64,000 nucleotides of DNA, taken from the NCBI GenBank assembly GCA_964016885.1, contig OZ024755.1:38254001-38318000 (forward strand), written 5' to 3'. The position numbers and the translations under genes are program-made. This document shows, in pieces, positions 24,350 through 37,082 of this stretch (positions are counted from its first letter, which is position 1; the number at the start of each line of letters is the position of its first letter). The notes under the pieces are model-generated. The model saw only the letters and a list, made by a program, of their open reading frames with translations, had not been told where the DNA came from and ran no database searches. Origin of the DNA: Eledone cirrhosa (lineage: Eukaryota).

Positions 24350-26595
24350 ATCTCCAGGTATGAAATAGCGCTATAAGGTCCCTCTTTTGATTCCACCTGC
24401 ATACATATCTCTCTATGGAATATGTATTTGACGCAACTATGCCTCTCCTCGTCTTGATGGTGTTACGTACCTGCTTCTTAAAACGTGGTGGGTACTTCTG
24501 CACCAGCTATCACACTTCTTCCAATTCTGTCTGAATAACAGTGCTACTCCAGAACAGTGGAAAACATGCCAGTGTCATTCCTCGGTTCAAAAAGGGTGAC
24601 CGCACCTGTGAACTATCGTCCAGTCAGTCTTACTAGTTGCATTGCCAAACTGATGGAATCCTGTGTCAGAGAAACACTTTGGAACTTCTGGAACTCTCAC
24701 AGTCTTATCCGGCCCTTGCAATTTGGATTTATCCCCAACTCCAGCTGCTGTGATCAACTTATCGAGTTTCTTGAAGACATCACCCGGATCACTGATGGCA
24801 GCTCATGGGTGGATGTTGTTTACCTTGACTTTGCGAAAGCTTTTAATTCTGTGCCACACAAAAGACTTATGGCAAAACTCTCTGCAATGGGTGTGAAGGA
24901 TGATCTTTTTAACTGGTTGAAGTCCTTCATTCTCAGTCGAAGAGAGGTAGTCACGGTTCTGGGACAGCATTCCTCACCATATGAGATGTCATCTGGTGTA
25001 CCACAGGGATCTGTTCTTGGCCCCTTTTTGTTTGTGGAATATATTAATGACATAGATGCCAACTTAAAGAATGCCACAGTACTAAAGTACGCAGATGACA
25101 TCAAGCTGTACCTTGAGATAAAAAGGACCCATCCTGAACACTATAGATCTTGCTTGCAGTCTGATCTGGACACAATGCAACAATGGATCTCAGACTGGCA
25201 ACTCAAGCTAGCTGTGGACAAGTGCACCACCATGCATTTTGGGAGTAAAAACCCAGCATCCACATACTCCCTCCACAACACTAATATCAAGAAGTCTTCT
25301 TGTGAACGTGACCTGGACATTATGGTCAGCAGCGATTTGCATTGGATGAAGCACATCTCTAAAATTATCACGAGAGCCGAGGGTGTCTTAGCATCACTCA
25401 GCAAGAATTTGTCAGCCGCACTCCAGCTATCTATTTAAGGCTGTATATAGCTATGGTGCAGCCACATTTAGAATTTGCATCACCAGTCTGGAACCCCTAT
25501 CTTGCTCAGGACATTGACCGCCTGGAAACTGTTCAGAGACGTGCAACCAAGTGAATACCCTCCATCAGGCATCTACCATACTCTGAGCACCTTGCTTCCC
25601 TGGGCATGGATACATTGAAGCTCTGACGCCTGGCAACTGACTTGGTAAACACTCACAAAATTGTTAACCATCTTGCCAACAACAACCCTGAGTACCTTTT
25701 TTATTTCCATGTGTCTAACACATGTGGGCATGCTCACAAAGTCAGAAAACAGCACAGTTCCCATGACTTTCGGAAACATCTTTTCATGCTCAGAGTTGCT
25801 GAAGCATGGAACAAACTCCCTGCATCAGTTGTTAGCTGTCGAGACACTGCATCCTTTAAAACCTCCATGGAACAAACTACCTGCATCAGTTGTTAGCTGT
25901 CGAGACACTGCATCCTTTAAAACCTCCATGGAACAAACTACCTGCATCAGTTGTTAGCTGTCAGGACACTGCATCCTTTAAAACCTCCATGGAACAAACT
26001 CCCTGCATCAGTTGTTAGCTGTCGAGACACTGCATCCTTTAAAACCTCCATGGAACAAACTACCTGCATCAGTTGTTAGCTGTCAGGACACTGCATCCTT
26101 TAAAACCTCCATGGAACAAACTCCCTGCATCAGTTGTTAGCTGTCGAGACACTGCATCCTTTAAAACCTCCATGGAACAAACTACCTGCATCAGTTGTTA
26201 GCTGTCAGGACACTGCATCCTTTAAAACCTCCATGGAACAAACTCCCTGCATCAGTTGTTAGCTGTCGAGACACTGCATCCTTTAAAACCTCCATGGAAC
26301 AAACTACCTGCATCAGTTGTTAGCTGTCAGGACACTGCATCCTTTAAAACCTCCATGGAACAAACTACCTGCATCAGTTGTTAGCTGTCGAGACACTGCA
26401 TCCTTTAAAACCTCCATGCTTCCCGAGATTCGCCAACACTACACCTAATGTCCCCCCTCCATACACACACACGTATATCATGACTCATACACTATTCACT
26501 TCCCTGACATTATATTATTCTATGTACTATACATGCACCTTTGATGAGCTGTAGTGCACTTGAGCACTTTACACAATAATGTCATTATTATTATA
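24350..26595 (+). mobile_element. 5'-truncated CR1-like non-LTR retrotransposon (frameshifted RT, ORF 24557-25438)
   Basis: NYRPVSLTS, QFGF, VYLDFAKAFNSVPH, GVPQGSVLGP and YADD motifs; downstream stops and frameshifts; 3' end ATAATGTCATTATTATTA. Confidence 0.9.
25805..26418. repeat. 61-bp tandem repeat x10 derived from the LINE ORF 3' end
   Basis: Unit CATGGAACAAACTCCCTGCATCAGTTGTTAGCTGTCGAGACACTGCATCCTTTAAAACCTC. Confidence 0.95.
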
Positions 26596-26740
26596 TACAA
26601 GATACCATGTTTCTTATACAATATACCATGTTTCTTATACAATATATGGCTCTTTCTCTATACATACATATATCTTTTTCACATATATTTTTTCATTTGG
26701 TTATTATGGCTCTAGATAATGTCTGTTGATGTTTTGATTC

Positions 26741-26775
<35 letters not shown>

Positions 26776-26882
26776 AATTAATATATCTACCGACATATGT
26801 ATACAGATGCATACCTATGCTAGCAGATATATATGTTTTGTCTTAGTAACTTTGTGGTTCTATGCAGGGGAATGCAGAACAA

Positions 26883-26978
26883 TTATATGAAAGACGTAAA
26901 TAAGAAAGTTATGAAAATTGACTTACTTACTGAAATTTTAGTAAGTCAATTTTCATAACTTTCTTATTTACGTCTTTC

Positions 26979-26985
<7 letters not shown>
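26883..26985. repeat. Near-perfect hairpin in TA-bounded element
   Basis: ATGAAAGACGTAAATAAGAAAGTTATGAAAATTGACTTACT and its reverse complement. Confidence 0.8.
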
Positions 26986-27014
<29 letters not shown>

Positions 27015-27020
<6 letters not shown>

Positions 27021-27190
27021 TAAACGGAATAGAAAATGCTGACAAATTGTTCACAGTGAAAAATAGTTTAATTAGGAATAAGTGAGAATTAGTAATTGTA
27101 TTGTATAATTACTAATTCTCACTTATTCCTAATTAAACTATTTTTCACTGTGAACAATTTGTCAGCATTTTCTATTCAGTTTACCAATAT
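27015..27190. repeat. Near-perfect palindrome (arms about 80 bp) between (TA)n tracts
   Basis: TTGGTAAAC..GAGAATTAGTAATT / AATTACTAATTCTC..GTTTACCAA. Confidence 0.85.
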
Positions 27191-27210
27191 ATATATATAT
27201 ACACCTCTAT

Positions 27211-27251
<41 letters not shown>

Positions 27252-27292
27252 AAGATATTAATAAATGGAAACTATATTTATGAAACCATATT

Positions 27293-27356
27293 TATTTTAT
27301 TATATATATTTCAAGGACGACCAAGCAATCTTGGTGCGCTTTCATCAGATAAAATA
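27293..27356 (-). ncRNA. Minimal type I hammerhead
   Basis: TATTTTAT-CTGATGA-AAGCGCACCAAG..CTTGGTCGTCCTT-GAAA-TATATA-TA-ATAAAATA. Confidence 0.8.
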
Positions 27357-27570
27357 CAAAAATTTGTTTTATAAATAACGACATAGCCATGGAAATCAAC
27401 CTTAACGGTCGGAAATTCGCTGGATAGTCATATATATATATATAAGTTATTTAATTTATTGATTATTCAACAAAATTAATTTATAACAGACTAGAAGCAC
27501 TCAACAGTTTCTTCTGGAGTATAATATCAATAATATTAATAAATGGTGACTATCTTTATAAAACCATATT

Positions 27571-27628
27571 TATTTTATATATATTTCAAGGGTACCAATA
27601 TTTTGGTGCGCTATCGTCAGATAAATTA
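27571..27628 (-). ncRNA. Minimal type I hammerhead, slightly decayed
   Basis: TAATTTAT-CTGACGA-TAGCGCACCAA..TTGGTACCCTT-GAAA-TATATATAAAATA. Confidence 0.65.
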
Positions 27629-27749
27629 CAATAATTGGTTTACAGATAGTGACATATCTATATATGAACTTAATGTTATGAGTTATAAGTAAATAGTGAC
27701 TATTTACATAAAACTCACATAGTCTTCACATTTATTATTATTACTATAT

Positions 27750-28085
27750 ATGGAGACACATGGTCTAGTGGTTAGAGCATTGGCCTTGCAATCGGAAGGT
27801 TGTAAGTTCAATTCTCAGACCGGGTGATGTGTTGTTTCCTTGACCAAGACACTTTATTTCACATTGCTCCAGTTTACTCAGCTGTAGAAATGAGATGATA
27901 GGGACTGGGGTCCCTATCATTCCACTGTAAAGTGGTCGTGGAGGTGCCACGGCAAAAAAGCACCCAGCACTCACTGTAAATGAGGTTGGTGTTAGGAAGG
28001 GCATCCAGCTGTAGAAATCAAGCCAGAATCAGTTCCCGTCCCACCCTTGCAAGTGGGAAAAGTGGACGTATGATGATGATGATGA
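27750..28085 (+). mobile_element. SINE family A
   Basis: Full-length copy. Confidence 0.9.
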
Positions 28086-28461
28086 TATATATATGGACAT
28101 GTATACATGTCTTCTCATATCACAGTCACACATCTATCTTAACATTGTTGGAAGAGGAAGACATTTCTGTTTAGTGATTTGTTATATCTACTACTATCAT
28201 GTTTGATAGAGAGGGGAGGCATAGGAAGAAGGGGAGGAGGGAGTAATGTCTGTTAGCGGCGGGGGAGCAAATTACTTAAAACCCATTGTAATGACAATCA
28301 TTTTAATTAATTAATATAGGGCACATACCACAGTGTGGTGGTGGTGTGGTTTTATTACATTATCTAATACCCCCCCCCCCCATCCTCCCACACAATATAT
28401 CATAAATGGTTCTAACAATTGTCTCTAGACTTATTACCTCCGTTTCCACACAACTTTTCTA

Positions 28462-29020
28462 GCATGGGTTAAGTGAGAGGAAGAATGGGTCGAGTGTGAG
28501 GGGAGAATGGGTCGAGTGTGAGGGAGAATGGGTTGAATGAGGAGAGAATGGGTTAAGTGAGAGGAAGAATGGGTCGAGTGTGAGGGGAGAATGGGTCGGG
28601 TGTGAGGGAGAATGGGTCGAGTGTGAGGGAGAATGGGTGGAGTGAGAGGGAGAATGGGTGGAGTGAGAGGGAGAATGGGTCGAGTGTGAGGGGAGAATGG
28701 GTCGAGTGTGAGGGAGAACGAGTCGAATGAGGAGATAATGGGTTGAGTGAGAGGAAGAATGGGTCGGGTGTGAGGGGAGAATGGGTTGAGTGAGAGGGAG
28801 AACGGGTCGAATGAGGAGAGAATGGGTTGAGTGTGAGGGCAGAATGGGTCGAGTGTGAGGAGGAATGGGTCGAGTGTGAGGGGAGAATGGGTCGAGTGAG
28901 AGGGGAGAATGGGTCGAGTGAGAGGGGAGAATGGGTCGAGTGTGAGCGAGAATGGGTGGAGTGAGAGGGAGAATGGGTCGAGTGAGAGGGAGAATGGGTC
29001 GAGTGAGAGGGAGAGTGGGT
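28462..29020. repeat. Purine-rich 21-22 bp minisatellite
   Basis: GAGAATGGGTCGAGTGTGAGGG units. Confidence 0.92.
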
Positions 29021-29834
29021 TGCCAGTTGTTTCTAATAATAAAGATGTCCCAAGTGTCAGGAAAGTCAGTGGCAACTACTATCTCTCTAACGGACTTTAC
29101 TAATTAATTTTAACCACCATCTTCCTCATTGCTGTTGCCAGCACCACCACCACCACCACCCAGCTTCACTGGAACACATGTTATAAATGTATATATATAT
29201 ATATATTTTTCTGTAAAATAAAATATAAACACCTGTTTATATAGTAGCTACACCATCTACCATTCTAATCTACATCATGTGTATTAATGTATTTATTTCT
29301 CTTCAAAAGGGTATTTCATATCATGCAAAAGATAAAGTGTCAGGAGCTAATATTTATTAAAACCCCTTTTGATTGATATCAAATTACCTGACCAGTCCTT
29401 CTGGAGCTAATATTAAAACCCCTTTTGATTGATCCCAGTCTACCTGAGACAAGTCCTTTCAAGCAACTTCCTTAATCTTCTAGAGGCTGAATTTTTCTAT
29501 GAATTACTTCCCTTGATACTATATTATTTATTAAGGAGAGATTACTCTATCGGCGCATTCAGTCGCCCGCAGCGCCAAGAGGGTTAAGATCCTTGTAGTT
29601 TCTAATTATGTGGTTCCCTGTAACAAATCTCTTTGTATTTCAATCTCAATCTTCTCCAATCATGATTTCATTTTCTTTAAGATTCTTCCAACATTGACCC
29701 CTACCCCACTACAACTGACACATTTTCATTTTGTTTTCATACTCCATACCCTTGCGGTTTCTCTTTTTAGATCTTGATGTTTCTTGATCTTTTCATGTTC
29801 TCTCTCTCAGTTGTCACTCACAGAGGCTATATAT

Positions 29835-30188
29835 CAGGCATGTCAAACTGAGGGTCCCCCCCCAAGGACCACATGGGTCACATATGTGTTGTCCGAGGGC
29901 CACATGTGTTGTCCAAGGGCCACGTGTTGTCTGAGGGCCACGTGTTGTCTGAGGGCCACATATGTGTTGTCCGAGGGCCACATGTGTTGTCCAAGGGCCA
30001 CGTGTTTTCTGAGGGCCACATATGTGTTGTCCGAGGGCCGCATATGTGTTGTCTGAGGGCCACACATGACAACTAATTGCGCACATTACAACTGATATTT
30101 TTTATTTTATATTACAAAGATAAAAGATGCTCGCGCAGTAAAAACCTTTGTGTGGGCCGTAGGTGGGGCCACATGTTTGACATGCTTG
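29835..30188. mobile_element. hAT (Charlie-like) MITE with internal 20-22 bp tandem repeat
   Basis: TIRs CAGGCATGTCAAAC / GTTTGACATGCTTG; 8-bp TSD CTATATAT / CTATATCT. Confidence 0.8.
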
Positions 30189-31688
30189 CTATATCTGATG
30201 TTGTTCTGTCACTCACAGATGCTATATCTGATGTTCTGTCACTCACAGATGCTATATCTGATGTTCTGTCACTCACAGATGCTATATCTGATGTTGTTCT
30301 GTCACTCACAGATGTTATATCTGATGTTGTTCTGTCACTCACAGATGCTATATCTGATGTTGTTCTGTCACTCACAGATGCTATATCTGATGTTCTGTCA
30401 CTCACAGATGCTATATCTGATGTTGTTCTGTCACTCACAGATGCTATATCTGATGTTGTTCTGTCACTCACAGATGCTATATCTGATGTTGTTCTGTCAC
30501 TCACAGATGTTATATCTGATGTTGTTCTGTCACTCACAGATGCTATATCTGATGTTGTTCTGTCACTCACAGATGCTATATCTGATGTTCTGTCACTCAC
30601 AGATGCTATATCTGATGTTGTTCTGTCACTCACAGATGCTATATCTGATGTTGTTCTGTCACTCACAGATGCTATATCTGATGTTCTGTCACTCACAGAT
30701 GCTATATCTGATGTTCTCTCACTCACAGATGCTATATCTCATGTTCTGTCACTCACAGATGCTATATCTCATGTTCTGTCACTCACAGATGCTATATCTG
30801 ATGTTCTCTCACTCACAGATGCTATATCTGATGTTGTTCTGTCACTCACAGATGCTATATCTGATGTTGTTCTGTCACTCACAGATGCTATATCTGATGT
30901 TGTTCTGTCACTCACAGATGCTATATCTGATGTTGTTCTGTCACTCACAGATGCTATATCTGATGTTCTGTCACTCACAGATGCTATATCTAATGTTGTT
31001 CTATCACTCACAGATGCTATATCTGATGTTGTTCTATCACTCACAGATGCTATATCTGATGTTGTTCTGTCACTCACAGATGCTATATCTGATGTTGTTC
31101 TGTCACTCACAGATGCTATATCTGATGTTGTTCTGTCACTCACAGATGCTATATCTGATGTTGTTCTGTCACTCACAGATGCTATATCTGATGTTGTTCT
31201 GTCACTCACAGATGCTATATCTAATGTTGTTCTATCACTCACAGATGCTATATCTGATGTTCTGTCACTCACAGATGCTATATCTGATGTTGTTCTGTCA
31301 CTCACAGATGCTATATCTGATGTTGTTCTGTCACTCACAGATGCTATATCTGATGTTGTTCTGTCACTCACAGATGCTATATCTGATGTTGTTCTGTCAC
31401 TCACAGATGCTATATCTGATGTTGTTCTGTCACTCACAGATGCTATATCTGATGTTGTTCTGTCACTCACAGATGCTATATCTGATGTTCTGTCACTCAC
31501 AGATGCTATATCTGATGTTGTTCTGTCACTCACAGATGCTATATCTGATGTTGTTCTGTCACTCACAGATGTTATATCTGATGTTGTTCTGTCACTCACA
31601 GATGCTATATCTGATGTTGTTCTGTCACTCACAGATGCTATATCTAATGTTATTCTCTCTCACACTCAGTTGTCACAGATGCTATATA
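30189..31688. repeat. 30/33 bp minisatellite, about 45 copies
   Basis: Unit GATGCTATATCTGATGTT(GTT)CTGTCACTCACA. Confidence 0.95.
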
Positions 31689-31689
31689 T

Positions 31690-31876
31690 AATTGTTTCTA
31701 CTATAGGCACAAGGCCAGCAATTACCCAGTACATTACTGGTACTTTATTTTATCGACCCTGTAAGGATGAAAGGCAAAGTCAACCTCGGCGGGATTTGAA
31801 CTCAGTCTGTAAAGGGACATAACTATGCTAGAAAGCATGGCGTCAGACCCTCTATAGATACTGCCAATCCACCGCT
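31690..31876 (-). mobile_element. SINE family B (about 190 bp, tRNA-like head, Meta-like core)
   Basis: TGGCAGTATC A-box-like, GAGTTCAAATCC B-box, TTTGCCTTTCATCCTT..GTCGATAAAATAAAGTACCAG core; more than 12 copies in the window. Confidence 0.85.
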
Positions 31877-32358
31877 ATATAATGTTCTGTCACACTCAGT
31901 TGTCACTCACAGATACTACATCTAATGTTGTGCAGTGTCTTTCCATACTTTACAGCAATGTCTGGTCTCCTAGCCAGAATCACTTCATCACATTGTTTGT
32001 TAGAATCCTACAACAATTATATTTCTTCACATTCTTCCCCTATTTTGGGTTGTCACTTGAAAATCAGGAAATAAAACTATTATTATTAATAATAATGATA
32101 TTGTTATTATTGTCATCATCTTCATCATTATTTCATGCCAGGGTTGACCCAGTTCCCACCTAGTGAGCTGTGTTATTAACCAACAATCTTTGAATTCTGG
32201 TAGTTTTAATGAGTATCTAGAGGTGTGGTTGTGTTCACTTTAACTTTAGTTAATGTGAACTAGTTTGTTTGAAAATGTTGTTATACATAAAGAACAGCCT
32301 TCCTTTGTCAACAAACATCTGCTTTTAAAAAAACCTTTCATCAATCACAGTCAATAGG

Positions 32359-32403
<45 letters not shown>

Positions 32404-32566
32404 TTGTTGTTGTTGTTTAGTAACACTAATCCTCTTTAATTGGATCTATGGTTTGGAAAAACTTTTGGCCTGGACATTATATGTATGCTCTTTTATTCTT
32501 TTACCTGTTCCAGCCTTCCGGCTGAGGCCATGCTGGGGAACCGTCCTTGAAATATATATATATATA

Positions 32567-32965
32567 TTAATTCAAAATATTAATAAATATAGACATTTAT
32601 GTGATCAAAAATATTTTATTATACATATTTCAGAGGTACTGAGCTATTTCGACAGTACGTCCTCATCAGATAAAATAAGTTAATGTCTGACATACCTTGA
32701 CTATGTTAGTCATGGAACTACCATGACTAAATTATAACCATCAACATGATCAAGGTATGTCAGGCATCAACTTATTTTATCTGATGAGGACGCACTGTTG
32801 AAATAGCTCAGTACCTCTGAAATATGTATAATAAAATATATTTGATCACATGAATGTCTATATTTATTAATAACTCCAGAAAACCTCACTGTAGAGTGCT
32901 TCTAATCTATTGTGAAACTTTATTCATTGATGAATTCATTGAACCTTGTTAAACATTTAATTATA
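32567..32965. mobile_element. Foldback element with two complete opposed hammerheads (32612-32677 minus, 32773-32838 plus)
   Basis: Arms of about 130 bp. TATTTTAT-CTGATGA-GGACGCACTG..CAGTACCTCT-GAAA-TATGTA-TA-ATAAAATA; tail ACTCCAG..TAGAGTGCT; TA-flanked. Confidence 0.85.
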
Positions 32966-33383
32966 TATATATTTATACCGGTCTAACCCATGCTAGCGTA
33001 GAAGATGGACGTTAAACGAAGATGATGATGATATATGTGTATACTAGCCAGACCTCCCTCATAAAGGGCTCTACTGTGAGTAAGGGTTGGTGCAGCTAAC
33101 TGGCCAGGCATCCCTCATAATGGGACCACCCAAATCACAGCAACAGTCTCAATATTGTGCAAGGTACGACGGCCATCTAGCCAGACTTTCCAGTAAAAGG
33201 CAAGGCTTTCCTCATAGTGGGACCACCTGGCTTTTGCAATTCTTGCATTTAATTAATAGACAGACAGATAGACATATAGATTGATATACAGACAGGTAGA
33301 CAGATGGATAGATATGTGCCTCTTACAGTTTTCATTTTCCAAATTGGTCAACCTGAGGCTATATTTGAAGATGGCCAAGGACC

Positions 33384-34016
33384 CAGGCAATGAAACAGAA
33401 CCCCAAACCATGTGGTTACCAAACAATTATTTTGTACCAATTAAGGACACCTCCAGGCAATGAAACAGAACCCTAAACCATGTGGTTACCAAACAATTAT
33501 CTTGTACCAATTAAGGACACCTCCAGGCAATGAAACAGAACCCCAAACCATGTGGTTACCAAACAATTATCTTGTACCAATTAAGGACACCTCCAGGCAA
33601 TGAAACAGAACCCCAAACCATGTGGTTACCAAACAATTATCTTGTACCAATTAAGGACACCTCCAGGCAATGAAACAGAACCCCAAACCATGTGGTTACC
33701 AAACAATTATCTTGTACCAATTAAGGACACCTCCAGGCAATGAAACAGAACCCCAAACCATGTGGTTACCAAACAATTATCTTGTACCAATTAAGGACAC
33801 CTCCAGGCAGTGAAACAGAACCCCAAACCATGTGGTTACCAAACAATTATCTTGTACCAATTAAGGACACCTCCAGGCAGTGAAACAGAACCCCAAACCA
33901 TGTGGTTACCAAACAATTATCTTGTACCAATTAAGGACACCTCCAGGCAATGAAACAGAACCCTAAACCATGTGGTTACCAAACAATTATCTTGTACCAA
34001 TTAAGGACACCTCCAG
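33384..34016. repeat. 70-bp tandem repeat, about 9 copies, from a reverse SINE head
   Basis: Unit CAGGCAATGAAACAGAACCCCAAACCATGTGGTTACCAAAC..GGACACCTC; 33330-33410 resembles the reverse complement of 58295-58370. Confidence 0.9.
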
Positions 34017-34671
34017 GTGAATTGGGTGGGATGAAAATACTACCTGTATGGTTTATAGCTATAAACCTCTTGAATAGCATCTCGGCTCTGTTGTTATTAG
34101 TGACCATCATTAGTTGGATGTCAGCCAAGTACAGTTCTTATCCCTAAACCTAACCCTAAGTACAATGTCAGTTTAGATCTAGGATATAATTAGTAGAGCA
34201 TGGAATATAAATACTTCCTCCCTTTCATTGTCGTATTTCTAATGAAAGACTTGTCCTATGATTTTCAAATAATTTTGAAAATAATCAAGAATTTGAAGTG
34301 GGTTAATGATATAACTAACTTTGTCATTACTAAGCTGGTATCTGTAGCATAAAAGATTAGGATGGAAAGTTTTTAGATAAATATATACACTTTAAACTAA
34401 ACAGATTTCTTAAGCCGGGGTGGTTTCAGTTGGTTTGGTATCAATAGGTTATTGTACCTAGTTATACTCTAGTTATGTTCTGAATTCAAATCTTAATAAG
34501 GTCGACTTTACTATTCATTCTTTTGTAGTTGATAAAATAAAATACCAGTCACGCACTGGGTTGATTTAATTGACTTTCCCCTCCCCCAAAATTACTGGCC
34601 ACGTGCCTAAATCTGAAACTGTTATCATCATTATTGGTTTTCCTTTTCCTTCAGTATTGTTTCCATTATAT

Positions 34672-35080
34672 GCAGTGGATTGGCAGTATCGGTAGAGGGT
34701 CGGACACCATGGGTGGTGGATTGGCAGTATCGGTAGAGGGTCGGACACCATGGGTGGTGGATTGGCAGTATCGGTAGAGGGTCGGACACCATGGGTGGTG
34801 GATTGGCAGTATCGGTAGAGGGTCGGACACCATGGGTGGTGGATTGGCAGTATCGGTAGAGGGTCGGACACCATGGGTGGTGGATTGGCAGTATCGGTAG
34901 AGGGTCGGACGCCATGCTTTGATGCATAGAGTTACAACTCTTTATTATCTGAGTTCAGATCCAGCTGAGGTTAGCTTTGCCTTTCATCCTTTATAAAATA
35001 AAGTACCAGTTAAATATTGGGGTTGATATAATCAACTTTCTTCCTCCAAATTACTGGTCTTGTGTTTATGTTAGAAATCA
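34672..35080 (+). mobile_element. SINE family B with first 41 bp amplified six times
   Basis: GTGGATTGGCAGTATCGGTAGAGGGTCGGACACCATGGGTG x6 (34675-34915), then the SINE body. Confidence 0.85.
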
Positions 35081-35357
35081 GTTTTAATCTTATTTTTTCT
35101 ATGTGACAGCACTGTGTGTCTTGGTTATGTGCAGTTTTGTTGTTTCTATTGTATTGAGAGTACAATGCTTAGTAGTATTATAGTATGTGTGCTGTATATA
35201 TTTATAAGTCCTGGGGTTTTGGTTATTTATCTGTCCTAGAGCCCCTATTGTTATAGAAACTGTTTCTATTTTCATCATCTACATTTAGGGTCTTTCTATC
35301 TCCAGATTTTTATATTTGGACAATAACTATTATTATTTGACTATTTCTCATGATCAA

Positions 35358-36336
35358 CTTTGGGCCGATTGTTTCAGGGAATACCTGGGTAGAACCAGTA
35401 CCTTAGGGTAACCCCAGTCATCTCTTATCCTACCTTGGGCTGATTGTTTCAGGGAATACCTGGGTAGAACCAGTACCTTAGGGTAACCCCAGCCATCTCT
35501 TATCCTACCTTGGGCTGATTGTTTCAGGGAATACCTGGCTAGAACCAGTACCTTAGGGTAACCCCAGCCATCTCTTATCCTACCTTGGGCTGATTGTTTC
35601 AGGGAATACCTGGGTAGAACCAGTACCTTAGGGTAACCCCAGTCATCTCTTATCCTACCTTGGGCTGATTGTTTCAGGGAATACCTGGGTAGAACCAGTA
35701 CCTTAGGGTAACCCCAGCCATCTCTTATCCTACCTTGGGCTGATTGTTTCAGGGAATACCTGGCTAGAACCAGTACCTTAGGGTAACCCCAGCCATCTCT
35801 TATCCTACCTTGGGCTGATTGTTTCAGGGAATACCTGGGTAGAACCAGTACCTTAGGGTAACCCCAGCCTCCTCATATCTTACCTTGGGCTGATTGTTTC
35901 AGGGAATACCTGGGTAGAACCAGTACCTTAGGGTAACCCCAGCCATCTCTTATCCTACCTTGGGCTGATTGTTTCAGGGAATACCTGGGTAGAACCAGTA
36001 CCTTAGGGTAACCCCAGCCATCTCTTATCCTACTTTGGGCTGATTGTTTCAGGGAATACCTGGGTAGAACCAGTACCTTAGGGTAACCCCATTCATCTCT
36101 TATCCTACCTTGGGCTGATTGTTTCAGGGAATACCTGGGTAGAACCAGTACCTTAGGGTAACTCCAGCCTCCTCATAACCTACCTTGGGCTGATTGTTTC
36201 AGGGAATACCTGGGTAGAACCAGTACCTTAGGGAAACTCCAGCCTCCTCATAACCTACCTTGGGCTGATTGTTTCAGGGAATACCTGGCTAGAACCAGTA
36301 CCTTAGGGTAACTCCAGCCTCCTCATAACCTACCTT
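35358..36336. repeat. 75-bp minisatellite, about 13 copies
   Basis: Unit TACCTTGGGCTGATTGTTTCAGGGAATACCTGGGTAGAACCAG..TCTTATCC. Confidence 0.95.
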
Positions 36337-36339
36337 GTC

Positions 36340-36640
36340 ATTTCACCACTGTTGGTAGTCCAGAACTTTTCCCAATATTCCAGCTCTTCCTACGAGACAT
36401 GTTTTCTGGGGTTCAATCCCTGGTGCAATGTCTATTTTCAACATTTATTATTCATATTTATTTGCCCAGTGATGATCTTATTTACACCAGGTCATATAAC
36501 TGGCTTCCAATCAAGTTATGTAACCTCAGATAGACAGTACTTTCTGCAGGATATTTGCTGTCCTGAAACTGTTGTTTTCTGCAATGTGGTAATGCTAGGA
36601 CTGATTCCAGTTCTATCAAGGTTTTTCTGGAGTTTTTTTG
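36340..36640 (-). mobile_element. Decayed R4/Dong-like (RLE) LINE 3' fragment
   Basis: Minus strand LQKNLDRTGISPSITTLQKTTVSG..I..K resembles the C-terminal LQK...LGTA.ILRK motif. Confidence 0.4.
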
Positions 36641-36664
36641 TCATTATTATTATTATTAGGGCAG

Positions 36665-37082
36665 TAATTTATTTCATCGACCCCGTGAGGATGAAAGGCA
36701 AAGTTAACCTCGGCGGGATTTGAACTCAGAATTACGGCCCTTGCCATTCTGAGTTCAAATCCCGCCGAGGTTAACTTTGCCTTTCATCCTTACGGGGGTC
36801 GATGAAATAAAGTACCAGTAATACACTGGGTAATTGCTGGCCTTGTGCCTAAAGTAGAAACAATTATTAGGGCAATAATGGTAGAGGGTCAGATGCCATG
36901 CTTTACAGCATAAGTTACGGCCCTTTATGATCTGAGATCAAATCCTGCCGAGGTTAACTTTGCCTTTCATCCTTACTGGGTTAATAAATAAAGCACCAGT
37001 AATGTACTGGGGTCAATTTAATCGATTGTTCCCTTCCCCTAAAATTGCTGGCCTTGTGCCTAAAGTAAGAACAATTATTATT
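36665..37082. mobile_element. Cluster of three SINE-B pieces, the first two head-to-head
   Basis: 36665-36732 (-) pairs with 36746-36812 (+); further copy at 36878-37082 (+). Confidence 0.8.

Noticed and set aside
24557-25438. Host gene or retron-type reverse transcriptase
   Set aside because: Motifs are non-LTR LINE type, and the copy is truncated and frameshifted.
30077-31822. 581-, 513-, 287- and 204-aa ORFs
   Set aside because: Products of a triplet-multiple minisatellite that is open in several frames on both strands.
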